DNA of 64,000 nt, from NCBI GenBank assembly GCA_964472395.1, contig CAYYMM010000007.1:1911-65910 (forward strand), given 5' to 3'. The notes under the pieces were generated by a model, which saw nothing but the letters and a program-made list of their open reading frames with translations, did no database searches and had not been told where the DNA came from. The stretch comes from an uncultured bacterium. GTDB lineage: Bacteria > CSSED10-310 > CALFER01. Numbering within the stretch: position 1 is the stretch's first letter; every line of letters begins with the position of its first letter. Positions 28,011 through 38,365 of this stretch are shown here, in pieces. Both the position numbers and the translations under genes were made by a program.

Positions 28011-29104
28011 GCAAGCATGATATCCAAGTGCTCTCGATGTTTCTCAAGGACATCGGAGACAAGGTCATCCATGAATTGACGGACAGCGCATTCATCGGGA
28101 ATCTCCCCGGAGGTCTGATCAGGGATCGCATCCTCGATTATTCTCTCCGGGGAGGCAAACATCTCCGTCCCGGTCTGATGGTCGCAGCCTGTGGTGCGGT
28201 TGGCGGTAACCCCGATCCTGTTCTTCCGATCGCCGTGGCCACGGAAATGTTCCATACATGGACGCTTGTCCACGATGATATCATTGACCGTGACGATCAC
28301 CGGCGCGGTGGATTGACCATGCACGCCAGGATTCTCAAGGATTTCCGAGACTGCGGGGATCTCCCTCCCGGCGTCTCGTGTGAACACCTCTCCCATTCCA
28401 TGGCACTCCTGATCGGCGACGCCCAGCATGGGATGGTCGTGGACATGATGGCGCAGGCAGGGCTCACGGGCGGGATCGCTGCAGAACTGGTTCTCCACCT
28501 CATCACGTGTCTCGAAGGCAAGGTCCTGCCGGCACTGCTCACAGGCGAAGTCAGCGATGTGTTGCAAAGTCATGAACCTCTGGATCGGATTTCGATCGAT
28601 GACATCGAACTGATGCTCAGACGGAAAACCGGCGCGCTGCTCACATTCGCAGTCTGCGCGGGTGCGATGATCGGCTTGAACACGCACGAACAGACCCACC
28701 CCTGGATCAAAGCACTATGCAGTTATGGCGACAACCTGGGACTGGCCTTCCAGATGCGCGACGACGTTCTCGGTATCATCGGCGACGCGGAAACTCTCGG
28801 GAAACCCATCGGTTCGGATTTTCGCGAAGGCAAACGCACGCTGGCCGTCAAATTCGCGTTCGATCACGCGTCACTGACAGGACGAGCCCGCATCGAAGCG
28901 CTGCTGGGTAAGCCGGATATGTCCGAATCGGAAGTCGATGAAATCCGGAACCTGGTTCTGGAAAACGGCGGTGTGAAACATGTCGAATCTCTGGCCGAAC
29001 GATTGATCGCGGCCTCTCTGGCCGCACTCGATGCACTACCGGAATCCAATTCCCGGGACATTCTCAGAATCATCGCGGAATATACGATCTACCGGAAAAA
29101 ATAA
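28004..29104 (+). CDS. trans-Polyprenyl diphosphate synthase (FPP/GGPP synthase family)
   Basis: First Asp-rich motif LVHDDIIDRDDHRRGG, second motif FQMRDDVLGIIGD and K..GKPIGSDFREGK. GTG 28004 overlaps the upstream stop (alternative ATG at 28037). Confidence 0.8.
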   Translation: MLSKHDIQVLSMFLKDIGDKVIHELTDSAFIGNLPGGLIRDRILDYSLRGGKHLRPGLMVAACGAVGGNPDPVLPIAVATEMFHTWTLVHDDIIDRDDHRRGGLTMHARILKDFRDCGDLPPGVSCEHLSHSMALLIGDAQHGMVVDMMAQAGLTGGIAAELVLHLITCLEGKVLPALLTGEVSDVLQSHEPLDRISIDDIELMLRRKTGALLTFAVCAGAMIGLNTHEQTHPWIKALCSYGDNLGLAFQMRDDVLGIIGDAETLGKPIGSDFREGKRTLAVKFAFDHASLTGRARIEALLGKPDMSESEVDEIRNLVLENGGVKHVESLAERLIAASLAALDALPESNSRDILRIIAEYTIYRKK

Positions 29105-29130
29105 TCTGGTAAGCGCCGGACTGTGAGTGA

Positions 29131-30858
29131 TCAGACAGGTCGTACAGTCGAGGAGTGCGCGGCATCCATGAGCGATTGTGCATGTCGCAACGCTTCGGGG
29201 TCGTCGTCCGATCCAGTCAGCATCCGTGCGATTTCGCGAAGCCGCGCATCCGGATCGAGTGCTTCGACTTGAACCTGCGTCGACTCTTCGTGCAGCGTTT
29301 TTCGCACGACAATGTGCCGGTCAGCTGCGACGGCGAGTTGCGGGAGGTGGGTGACGCAGAGAATCTGACGGTCGCGTGCGAGGCGCTTGAGTTGACGGGC
29401 CACCGCAACGGCTGTCTGTCCACCGATTCCCGAATCCACTTCGTCGAATACGACCGTATCGGCATCGTGCGATGACAGCAGGTGTTGTTTCAGCGCAAGC
29501 GTGATCCGACTCAGTTCGCCTCCTGATGCCACCCGCACGAGGGGTTTGAGCGGAATACCGGGGTTAGCGGAAAGCATGAACTCAAGAGTGTCGGTCCCGA
29601 ATGGACCAAAGCATGCGGGAATGCGGAATCCCTCAGGCGGTGATTCCGAACCGCGCACAGGTCCGAACGCAACCTCGAACCGCGATTTCTCCATACCCAG
29701 TTCGGTAAGCTCACCTTCGATCCGGCGGCAGAGTCCGGGAGCCAGACGGCGGCGGGACTCACTAAGTGACCGATCGGCGGATAGATATTCCGCAAAAATA
29801 TCAGACCATTCGGTCTGAAGCACCCGGAGCTGCACATCGAGATCACCCATCGACTGCTGTTCTGTTGCAATCTGACGACGATACTCGATGATTCCGTCGA
29901 TACTATTCCGGTATCGGCCTTCCATGCTCTGGAGAAAATGAAGCCGCTCGTTGACCTCTTCGAGACGCTCCGGAGATACCGAAACGCGATCACGATACCG
30001 ACGGATGGCATCCGACAGGTCTTCAATCATCACCGAAAGCGATTCGGCCTGTTCGGTGAGTGCCTGGATTTCCGGATCACGCGTCGATGCCTTCTGGAGC
30101 GATCGGATCATCGGACCGGTCCGCGACGATAGCCCCTCATCCGAGTCACCCAGCGCAAGCTCCGCTTCACGCAATGCCCGGATGATCTCCTCGGCATATC
30201 GAAGCCGCTGTTGCTCGGTGATGAGTTCCTCCTTCTCGCCCTCTTTCAATCCTGCCTGATCGATCTCGTTCATCTGAAACCGGATCAGATCGCTTCTCTG
30301 GCGGACGGATTCGAGGTGTTGAACGAGATGCTCGATCGATTGAGTAATCTCAGAAAGATGGGAATGAATTCGGGCAATGGATTCGACCGGGCCATCGAGA
30401 TGAACAGCGTGATCGAACAGGGTGAGATGATTGCGGGGTTGAAGCAAAGCCTGGTGTTCATGCTGACTGTTGATTTCGATAAGCGGCAGTGTGACCTTCA
30501 GAAAATCCTGACGGGATACGGCATGATCATTAATCAAGAAACGATTGCGGCCCTTTTTGTTGATTTCACGACGCACTGTCAGGATCTGATCAGAGGCAGG
30601 CTCGATGTCCAAACTCTGCAAGGTCCGGGTGATCTCCATCGGATCGGCCGGTGTGCATTCCGCTTCGATCACGGCGACCAAAGCGCCTTCGCGGATCGTG
30701 TTCTGGTCAGCGGATTCTCCGAGCAGCATGGCGAGAGATTGAACGAGAATCGATTTACCGGAACCGGTTTCGCCGGTGACCGCCGTGAGGCCTTCGTCGA
30801 ACGGGATGTCGATCGAAGCGATCAGAGCAACATTTTCGATGTGAAGCATTCGGATCAT
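29131..30858 (-). CDS. recN: DNA repair protein RecN
   Basis: N-terminal MIRMLHIENVALIASIDIPFDEGLTAVTGETGSGKSIL (Walker A); long coiled coil; C-terminal VFDEVDSGIGG. Confidence 0.9.
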   Translation of the reverse strand: MIRMLHIENVALIASIDIPFDEGLTAVTGETGSGKSILVQSLAMLLGESADQNTIREGALVAVIEAECTPADPMEITRTLQSLDIEPASDQILTVRREINKKGRNRFLINDHAVSRQDFLKVTLPLIEINSQHEHQALLQPRNHLTLFDHAVHLDGPVESIARIHSHLSEITQSIEHLVQHLESVRQRSDLIRFQMNEIDQAGLKEGEKEELITEQQRLRYAEEIIRALREAELALGDSDEGLSSRTGPMIRSLQKASTRDPEIQALTEQAESLSVMIEDLSDAIRRYRDRVSVSPERLEEVNERLHFLQSMEGRYRNSIDGIIEYRRQIATEQQSMGDLDVQLRVLQTEWSDIFAEYLSADRSLSESRRRLAPGLCRRIEGELTELGMEKSRFEVAFGPVRGSESPPEGFRIPACFGPFGTDTLEFMLSANPGIPLKPLVRVASGGELSRITLALKQHLLSSHDADTVVFDEVDSGIGGQTAVAVARQLKRLARDRQILCVTHLPQLAVAADRHIVVRKTLHEESTQVQVEALDPDARLREIARMLTGSDDDPEALRHAQSLMDAAHSSTVRPV

Positions 30859-30862
30859 GCCG

Positions 30863-31720
30863 TTACCGCTGCCCCCATTTCAGTTTGTGGCATAGCACTT
30901 TATAAAATGAGGTATTGGGATTTTCGATCAGGGAAATCGATTTGGTCGATCGACGGATTTCGACGCGATCAAGATTTTCGAGCGGGAACCAGAGTTGGCC
31001 GTCGAGAGTGAGTGTGACCTCACTGTCCTGCGAGAGCAGTTCGAATTCGATGACCTGATCCGCACTCATCACGATCGGCCTGTTTGTAAGCGTATGCGGG
31101 CAAATCGGCGTCAGGACGATCGCATCGAGCGAGGGACTGATGATCGGGCCTCCGGCTGCGAGAGAGTAGGCGGTGGAACCGGTTGGTGTTGAGACGATCA
31201 CGCCGTCGCTGAAGAAGGTTGTCAGTGGCTTGTGGTCGACTTTGGCTGAAATCTGAACGATTCTCGCCAGTGTCGCCTTGTTGATCACAACATCGTTCAG
31301 AACTGAATTGCGATGCACGAGCGTCTCACCCCGGATCTGCGTAGCGTCCAGCATCAGGCGGCGCGAGACGGAGAATTCACCATCCATGATCCGGTTGAGT
31401 GAATCGTACATTTCGGTGAGAGTGAACGCGGACAGGAACCCGAGGCTTCCCATGTTGACGGCCATTACCGGAATATCGAAGCGCTTGAGCGCGCGGGCGA
31501 CGCGCAACAAGGTCCCGTCCCCGCCCAAAACGATCACCAGCCCGCAGTCCTCCGGAATCGTTTCGGAAAAGCGAGCAGCACTGCTTTCGCTGATCGACTC
31601 GAATGATTCGGCTTCGATCGAGACTCGAACGTTACGCGCCGCGAAGTATCGCAACAGGTCACGCCCGACCTCCTGTAAATTCTGCGCATGCGGTTTTCCG
31701 AACAGTGCAACGTGTTCCAT
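30863..31720 (-). CDS. nadK: NAD(+) kinase
   Basis: GGDGTLL motif and NDVVI...; ~285 aa. Confidence 0.85.
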   Translation of the reverse strand: MEHVALFGKPHAQNLQEVGRDLLRYFAARNVRVSIEAESFESISESSAARFSETIPEDCGLVIVLGGDGTLLRVARALKRFDIPVMAVNMGSLGFLSAFTLTEMYDSLNRIMDGEFSVSRRLMLDATQIRGETLVHRNSVLNDVVINKATLARIVQISAKVDHKPLTTFFSDGVIVSTPTGSTAYSLAAGGPIISPSLDAIVLTPICPHTLTNRPIVMSADQVIEFELLSQDSEVTLTLDGQLWFPLENLDRVEIRRSTKSISLIENPNTSFYKVLCHKLKWGQR

Positions 31721-31731
31721 GTGTTTCTCCG

Positions 31732-32520
31732 TCAGTCTTCGACGCAGCTGCGTATCCAGGATTCATACCTCTCAGAAGTTGTCGGATCACCCCGATCGAG
31801 GTGGAAAAAAAACTCACGGTTGCCGCTCGGCCCGAGCAGTGGCGATGGAACCATGCTGCGCAGCCGCCAGCCGCTCTCCGAAACATGTGCCGCCATTGAC
31901 CTCAGAACTTGTTCGTGTACGCGTCGATCGCGAACGACTCCGCCCGAACCGACAGCCTCGCGGCCAGCCTCGAATTGCGGTTTAATCAATGCAATGATTT
32001 CTGCACAATTATCCAACAGCGCGACCAGATTGTCAAAAATCAACGTCAAGGAAATGAACGACATGTCCAAAGTGACGACTTGAATCCGATCAGGGATCGA
32101 CGACGGATCGAGGTGTCTGAGATTGACGCGTTCCATCACGACTACGCGGGGATCCTGGCGGAGTTTCCAGTGGAGCTGTCCGTACCCCACATCGATCGCA
32201 TAAACTTTCCGCACACCTGCTTTCAACAGGCAATCCGTGAAGCCACCGGTCGAAGCGCCGCAATCGAGTGCCGTTTTCCCCTCAACATCGATCCGGAATG
32301 CATCGAGAGCGCCTCTAAGTTTCAAACCGCCCCGACTGACGAAGGAATCGACCGGCAGGTCGAGAGCGATGTGACCGGAGCGGAGCACAAGCGTTGACGG
32401 TTTGGACACAGGTTTTCCGTCGATGGTGACCCACCCGTTGCGGATGTACTCCGCCGCCTGAGATCTACTCTCGGTGACGCCGCGGTGGGTGAGTAGAAGA
32501 TCGGCGCGTATGAAGTCCAT
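31732..32520 (-). CDS. tlyA: TlyA-family rRNA 2'-O-methyltransferase (S4 domain + FtsJ-like MTase)
   Basis: [38 protein letters not shown] (S4 domain); ALDCGASTGGFTDCLL (SAM motif). Start chosen at [10 protein letters not shown] (ORF extends to 32745). Confidence 0.8.
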   Translation of the reverse strand: MDFIRADLLLTHRGVTESRSQAAEYIRNGWVTIDGKPVSKPSTLVLRSGHIALDLPVDSFVSRGGLKLRGALDAFRIDVEGKTALDCGASTGGFTDCLLKAGVRKVYAIDVGYGQLHWKLRQDPRVVVMERVNLRHLDPSSIPDRIQVVTLDMSFISLTLIFDNLVALLDNCAEIIALIKPQFEAGREAVGSGGVVRDRRVHEQVLRSMAAHVSESGWRLRSMVPSPLLGPSGNREFFFHLDRGDPTTSERYESWIRSCVED

Positions 32521-34483
32521 GGGTCTGCTGAGCGGATTCATCCCGGAACGGCAGGCCCGCAGGATGTCGAGACACGAGCAGACGAATCCTGCGGATGATG
32601 TCCTCCCGGCACAATCCCAATTCCTTGCGTAGTTCCTTCGGAGTTCCCAGACCGACGAACTGATCTGGAATGCCCATGCGGTCGATCTGTTCAAGACTGA
32701 CGGCATGACCTTCGAGCAATTCGAGTACCGCACTCCCCATTCCACCGGCCAGTGAACTCTCCTCGATTGTCAGCAGCCGGCCGGTTTTCCGGATGGATTC
32801 GAGAATCTTGGCGCTGTCGAGGGGTTTTATGAAGCGGGCATCGATGACTTCGACATGGATGGCTTCTGCTTCGAGATCCTCGGCAGCCGCCAAGGCTTCG
32901 TAGACAAGCGGTCCGACAGCGACAATCGTCAGATCGGATCCCGTACGCAGAACTTCGGCTTCCCCGAGCGCGAAAGTCAGCGGATTCATGACAACGGGAA
33001 CACCCACTCCGGAACCTCGCGGATAGCGGATTGCGACCGGCATGTTGAACGTCACGGAACTGAACATCGCTCGGCGGAGTTCATTTTCATCACGCGGCGC
33101 GATCACGACGAGGCGCGGCAAGTGTCTGAGATAAGCCGGATCGAAGATTCCGTGATGTGTCGGCCCGTCTTCTCCGACAACACCGCCTCGGTCTATCGCG
33201 AAAACAACCGGTAGATTCTGCAGACAGATATCATGGAAAATTTGATCATATGCACGCTGAAGAAATGTTGAGTAAATCGCGACGATCGGCAGCTTTCCCT
33301 GACTCGATAAACCGCCTGCAAACGTCACCGCGTGCTGTTCAGCGATCCCGACATCATAGAAACGTTTCGGAAATTCACGAGCGAACTGGGTCAGACCGGT
33401 TCCGAGAGTCATGGCAGCAGTGATTGCGACGATTCGATCATCCGCATGCGCCAGATCGCAGACAGCCTTCCCGAATACCGACGTGTAACTCGGCGGACCC
33501 GATTTCTCCTCAAATGCTCCGGTTTGCACGTTGAACGGCGGAGCGCCATGAAAGCGCTCGGGCTCCGATTCAGCCGGTTTATACCCGAAACCCTTGCGGG
33601 TCAGTACGTGAACCAGCAAAGGACCGGGTATCGTCCGGATGTTATCGAACAACTCGACCAATCCCTGTAGACGATGTCCATCAAAGGGGCCGAGATACTG
33701 GAACCCGAGTTCTTCGAACAGAAGCCCGGGTTGTATTAAATCCTTGACCGAGCGTTCGATCTTTTGTACGAGTCGAATCAGGTCCGTACCGGCGCGAGGA
33801 ATTGATTGCAGGAGATTTTTCACCATCTTCCGCAATTGTGCTGGCCGCCGGGAAACCATTCGCCGGCTGATATATTCCGCCAGTCCGCCGACATTGGGAG
33901 ATATCGACCTTTCGTTGTCATTGAGGATAACGATGAGATTTTCGTTCTTGAGATGTCCGGTTTGATTGAGGGCTTCGAACGCAACTCCCGATGTCATGCT
34001 CCCGTCGCCGATGATCGCGACCACACGGTTCGACGCACCAGTCGATCGTAATGCTTCGGCCATACCGAGAGCGAAGGAGATGGACGTGCCGCTGTGTCCG
34101 GTATCATAGTGGTCGTGAGAACTTTCGTCCTTCTTTGGGAAACCGGCTGTGCCGCCTTTCTTCCTCAGCCCGTCGATAAACGGATCGAGTCGTCCTGTGA
34201 GCAGTTTATGTGTGTATACCTGATGGCCGACGTCCCAGACGAATTTGTCATAAGGAGAGTTGAAGGCATAGTGAATCGCGATCGTCAGTTCGACGACACC
34301 CAGGTTCGATGCGAGATGACCGCCATGGCGAGCAACGGCATCAACAATGGCCGAACGGATTTCTGCCGCAAGACTGTCCAAATCACCTAACGGCAGCTTC
34401 CGAAGATCGTCCGGTGTTCTGATCTGACTCAACAAAGGATATCTCAAAAGAGTATCCGACCGATTATCGTGCATATTCCACAC
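32465..34483 (-). CDS. dxs: 1-deoxy-D-xylulose-5-phosphate synthase
   Basis: [17 protein letters not shown], the TPP-binding [17 protein letters not shown], and transketolase-like C-terminal domains. It has an unusual ~40-aa basic C-terminal tail that overlaps the tlyA start. Confidence 0.9.
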   Translation of the reverse strand: MWNMHDNRSDTLLRYPLLSQIRTPDDLRKLPLGDLDSLAAEIRSAIVDAVARHGGHLASNLGVVELTIAIHYAFNSPYDKFVWDVGHQVYTHKLLTGRLDPFIDGLRKKGGTAGFPKKDESSHDHYDTGHSGTSISFALGMAEALRSTGASNRVVAIIGDGSMTSGVAFEALNQTGHLKNENLIVILNDNERSISPNVGGLAEYISRRMVSRRPAQLRKMVKNLLQSIPRAGTDLIRLVQKIERSVKDLIQPGLLFEELGFQYLGPFDGHRLQGLVELFDNIRTIPGPLLVHVLTRKGFGYKPAESEPERFHGAPPFNVQTGAFEEKSGPPSYTSVFGKAVCDLAHADDRIVAITAAMTLGTGLTQFAREFPKRFYDVGIAEQHAVTFAGGLSSQGKLPIVAIYSTFLQRAYDQIFHDICLQNLPVVFAIDRGGVVGEDGPTHHGIFDPAYLRHLPRLVVIAPRDENELRRAMFSSVTFNMPVAIRYPRGSGVGVPVVMNPLTFALGEAEVLRTGSDLTIVAVGPLVYEALAAAEDLEAEAIHVEVIDARFIKPLDSAKILESIRKTGRLLTIEESSLAGGMGSAVLELLEGHAVSLEQIDRMGIPDQFVGLGTPKELRKELGLCREDIIRRIRLLVSRHPAGLPFRDESAQQTHGLHTRRSSTHPPRRHRE

Positions 34484-36044
34484 ACCTGGTTTCTCGAATA
34501 GCCGTCACACGAATCTCACCGGGATACTCTAACTCATGTTCAATGCGCTGGGCAATCTCCCGGGCGAGCAGGGCCATCTCCTGGTCCGAAATATCTTCTG
34601 GCTTGAAGATGATTCGGATTTCACGGCCGGCTTGAATCGCGAACGATTTTTCGACGCCCTGGAATGATTGGGCGATATCTTCGAGTTTTTCGAGTCGTTT
34701 GAGATAGGTTTCAAGGATTTCCCGTCGAGCGCCTGGGCGTGCAGCTGACAGGGCATCAGCAGCCTGAATGAGAACCGCTTCGACACTGGAAGGGGGTTCA
34801 TCGCCGTGATGCGATGCCATCGCGCGCACGACTTCCTTCGATTCGTTGAATTTCTTCGCCAGATCCGCGCCGATGATCGCATGCGATCCCTCGATTTCAT
34901 GATCCACCGCTTTGCCGATATCGTGAAGTAAGCCGGCACGTTTCGCAAACTTAACGTTGACACCCAGTTCGGATGCCATCATCCCGGCGATGAATGCCAC
35001 CTCCTTGGAGTGTTGCAGAACATTCTGTCCATAACTCGTGCGATAGCGCAGGCGTCCAAGAAGTTTGACGAGATCCTGATGGAGGCCCTGGACACCGACT
35101 TCGAACGCAGCCTGCTCACCGCTTTCACGTACGGTCTTGTCAACTTCCTTCTGAACTTTTTTAACGATCTCTTCGATCCGCCCGGGATGGATCCGGCCAT
35201 CTGAAATCAGACGTTTGAGCGAGATGGCGGCAACTTCCCTGCGGATCGGGTCGAACCCGGAGAGAATAACGGCTTCAGGAGTATCGTCGATGATCAGATC
35301 GATTCCGGTTGCGGCTTCCAGTGCGCGGATGTTGCGTCCTTCGCGTCCGATGATGCGACCCTTCATTTCGTCACTAGGCAAATCGACCACGCTCACGGTT
35401 GCCTCGGCGACATAATCCGAAGCGATGCGTTGAATCGATGTCGAAATGATTTCACGAGCCTGGGATTCGGCCTTCTCTTCAGCTTCATCGATGATTCGTT
35501 TGATGCGATCCGCCGCTTCCTTTCGGGCTTCGTTTTCCATTCTTTCGACAATAATTTTCTGAGCTTCCTGCATGGACATCCCGGCGATGCGCTGTAAAAC
35601 TTTATCCTGTTCCGCGATCAACTCTTTTTTCTTGTCTTCAAGAACCTGGAGATCATCCTCTTTCTGCTGGAGCGTTTTGACACGTTGATTGAAAATGCGC
35701 TCTTTTTTATCAAATTCAGAATGTTTACGATCCAGGTTTTCTTCTCGTTTGAGAAGTCGGTGTTCGAGTCTCTGAAGTTCGTCGCGGCGTTCTTTCGTTT
35801 TCGCTTCGAACTCGTTGACTTTGGCGTAGTATTTTTCTTTGGATTCGACTTCAGCCTGTTTTCGGAGTGTCTGCGCTTGCTCTTCTGCTTTGGCAAGAAT
35901 TTCGGATGCCTTCGCCTCGGCTTCCTGCATGCGCTTACGTGCAGCCGATGATGCGATGAACCGTTGCGCGCCAAAACCGACGATTCCGGACAACAGTGCT
36001 ATCAGCCCGCAGATCAGATAATTCAGACCAGAAATGGCACTCAC
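34464..36044 (-). CDS. rny: Ribonuclease Y
   Basis: N-terminal TM helix, coiled coil, KH domain ([26 protein letters not shown]) and HD domain ([12 protein letters not shown]...[29 protein letters not shown]). Confidence 0.9.
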   Translation of the reverse strand: MSAISGLNYLICGLIALLSGIVGFGAQRFIASSAARKRMQEAEAKASEILAKAEEQAQTLRKQAEVESKEKYYAKVNEFEAKTKERRDELQRLEHRLLKREENLDRKHSEFDKKERIFNQRVKTLQQKEDDLQVLEDKKKELIAEQDKVLQRIAGMSMQEAQKIIVERMENEARKEAADRIKRIIDEAEEKAESQAREIISTSIQRIASDYVAEATVSVVDLPSDEMKGRIIGREGRNIRALEAATGIDLIIDDTPEAVILSGFDPIRREVAAISLKRLISDGRIHPGRIEEIVKKVQKEVDKTVRESGEQAAFEVGVQGLHQDLVKLLGRLRYRTSYGQNVLQHSKEVAFIAGMMASELGVNVKFAKRAGLLHDIGKAVDHEIEGSHAIIGADLAKKFNESKEVVRAMASHHGDEPPSSVEAVLIQAADALSAARPGARREILETYLKRLEKLEDIAQSFQGVEKSFAIQAGREIRIIFKPEDISDQEMALLAREIAQRIEHELEYPGEIRVTAIRETRCVEYAR

Positions 36045-36511
36045 CTCCCAATATTACCCTGCCGTGCCTACACGCGCAGGGAATCATGGAATCGGAAGGA
36101 GGTATCAGTCCGAGGCGAGCGCAGCGGAGATCGGAAACCTGAGAATAAATCCCTCCCATGAAATGCCGTGTGGTGAGGATGCTTTGAACCTGCTTAGACA
36201 GGTGGGAGCCTTGTCCGGCGGGTCGTTCGTCCCGTTGCCGGGCATGAATCCACCGCAGGAACGCAGACCCCCTTTTTCAAAGTGTTGGCTCAAACAGTTC
36301 CACGCCATCACGAACACCACAGGAGGGACATTCAATATGAACAGAACAACCGATAACTCAAGCGGACATGCCGCCCATAAATGATAATCGAACCGTTGCA
36401 TCGACGGCAGCAGGCAGACAAGGCAAGCTGTTGTGATGCAGATCATCCAAAGCGCTGCGATCACTCGAAGTAACTGAAGATTTCCCTTCCGTTCCAAGGT
36501 CAAATTGTTCC

Positions 36512-37144
36512 TCATTCTTCAATCACCCGTTCGAGTTCGAGCAGGAGGCGTTTTTCGGAATCCTGAAGATTCAGGAGTGTTTCGCGGGTTCTGACGAGAT
36601 CATCCGAGATGTTCAATGCCGCCAGTATCGCGACTTTCAACGCCGACATACCCTTGCTCGTCCGAGCAATTTCATTCATTCGATCGTCAACTAAGCGCGC
36701 CAGATATCGGACACGCTCAGCATCGTCTTCACCTATTATATTATAGAATTGGCCAAATATTTCAACCTCCACACGATGCATCTCACCGTTGTGTCGGCTG
36801 GAGGTTGATGAGTTTGACGGATTTATTGATCGCTCAGGGGCAGAGAATCGATCATGGACAGGAGATGCGTGATTTTTGCTCCGATGTTCATCTTCAGGCT
36901 TTCGTATTCCTGAATCTGCCTTCCACCGCTCTGCCTCCTGTGCAGCGGTCGATGCCGCATCGACCGCCGAGTTCAACTCCTGGATATGTCGTCGCAACTC
37001 GTCAAGTTCGGACTTAAGACGTTCGTTTTCATCGCGCAGGCTATGAATAACCTGTACAGCCCGCAGAACCTTGGCTTCAAGTGCGCTGAATTGCGATATG
37101 AAAACATCGTCACCCTGGACCATGGCAGAGTCTATCAAATCCAT
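36512..37144 (-). CDS. zapA: ZapA-domain cell-division protein with extended N-terminal coiled-coil region
   Basis: C-terminal VEVEIFGQFYNIIGEDDAERVRYLARLVDDRMNEIARTS matches the ZapA fold. The N-terminal ~100 aa are coiled coil. Confidence 0.65.
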   Translation of the reverse strand: MDLIDSAMVQGDDVFISQFSALEAKVLRAVQVIHSLRDENERLKSELDELRRHIQELNSAVDAASTAAQEAERWKADSGIRKPEDEHRSKNHASPVHDRFSAPERSINPSNSSTSSRHNGEMHRVEVEIFGQFYNIIGEDDAERVRYLARLVDDRMNEIARTSKGMSALKVAILAALNISDDLVRTRETLLNLQDSEKRLLLELERVIEE

Positions 37145-37162
37145 CTCCTCAATGCAAAAACC

Positions 37163-37516
37163 TTAAAGGTTTTCTTTAGCTACCGCAACGAGTTTGTTGA
37201 ATGCCGCTGGATCGCTGATGGCCAGTTCCGCAAGAACTTTTCGATCGATGCGCACGCCGGCTTTATCAAGACCGTGGATCAACTTGTTGTACGGAATCCC
37301 CTGCAATCTGGACGCGGCATTGATCCGCTGGATCCAGAGCGCTCGAAAATCACCCTTCTTCTTGCGTCGATCCGCGAACGCATGCCGGCCCGCCTTTGAG
37401 ACCGCTTCCATAGCAGGACGTATCCGCGCACTCTGCGAACCCCGATAGCCTTTGGCCAGTTTCAATATACGATTGCGTCGTTGACGCGTTTTAAATCCAC
37501 CCTTTGCTCTCGGCAT
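37163..37516 (-). CDS. rplT: 50S ribosomal protein L20
   Basis: MPRAKGGFKTRQRRNRILKLAKGYRG... Confidence 0.95.
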   Translation of the reverse strand: MPRAKGGFKTRQRRNRILKLAKGYRGSQSARIRPAMEAVSKAGRHAFADRRKKKGDFRALWIQRINAASRLQGIPYNKLIHGLDKAGVRIDRKVLAELAISDPAAFNKLVAVAKENL

Positions 37517-37537
37517 GACTGATAAACCTCCTGAAGA

Positions 37538-37735
37538 CTATAGATAGGGCACGAGCCGACGAGTCTGTCGTAAATCCGCACCATCCACATAACCGCCTTT
37601 TCGAAGCTGGCGCAAGCGCTTGGTCGTCTTTTTCGTCAGAATGTGTCGGGCGAATGCGTGTTTTCTCTTTAACTTACCGTTTGCGGTTCCGCCGAACCGT
37701 TTCGCAGCGCCTCGATGTGTTTTTAATTTCGGCAT
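37538..37735 (-). CDS. rpmI: 50S ribosomal protein L35
   Basis: [14 protein letters not shown]... Confidence 0.9.
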   Translation of the reverse strand: MPKLKTHRGAAKRFGGTANGKLKRKHAFARHILTKKTTKRLRQLRKGGYVDGADLRQTRRLVPYL

Positions 37736-37776
37736 ATTCAACCTCTTTGTTTCTTCAGCCCGCTGTAACGCATCCG

Positions 37777-38319
37777 TTACTTCGGGGAAAGTATCATGCT
37801 CATGTTGCGGCCTTCAAGACGACCCGGGCTGTCGACTCGCGAAAAATCGGCCATTTCAGCAGCAATCCGATCCAGAATCTCCTGCCCCTTGTCCGTGTGC
37901 GCAATCTCTCGCCCTCGAAACATGATCGTTACACGAACCTTCGCACCCGACTTCAGAAAGCGTTCAACATGATTGCGTTTGAAATTGTAATCATGCTCGT
38001 CGATTTTTGGACGGAATTTGACTTCTTTTAATGTCGCACCCTTCTGCTTTTTCTTCGAAGCATCGCGTTTCGATCGCTGATACTTGAACTTGCCATAATC
38101 CATGATCCGGCAGACAGGAGGGTCCGAATTGGGAGAAACTTCAACTAGGTCGAGGTCGGATTCAGATGCATATGCCAACCCCTGTTCAATGCTGATGATT
38201 CCGGCTTGAGTTCCATCCGCCAAAATGCAGCGAATGTTCTTCACACGAATCTCGTCGTTGATCCGACACTCTTCCTTTTTCTTCGGATCTTTTTCGGGTA
38301 CGAATGGTTTTCGCCTCAA
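37777..38319 (-). CDS. infC: Translation initiation factor IF-3
   Basis: [25 protein letters not shown]...; C-terminal domain [14 protein letters not shown]. The true start is probably a non-ATG codon near the PKKKEE segment. Confidence 0.85.
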   Translation of the reverse strand: MRRKPFVPEKDPKKKEECRINDEIRVKNIRCILADGTQAGIISIEQGLAYASESDLDLVEVSPNSDPPVCRIMDYGKFKYQRSKRDASKKKQKGATLKEVKFRPKIDEHDYNFKRNHVERFLKSGAKVRVTIMFRGREIAHTDKGQEILDRIAAEMADFSRVDSPGRLEGRNMSMILSPK

Positions 38320-38365
38320 ACAGCCTCCTTTTCAGTTTCGATTCATCGGGTTATGCACACCGGAC

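Noticed and set aside
38320-38365. Possible regulatory leader between thrS and infC, or a T-box upstream of thrS
   Set aside because: The gaps are too short (46 nt; ~130 nt between tRNA-Val and the thrS start) for a T-box, and I could not recognise a specific structure by eye.
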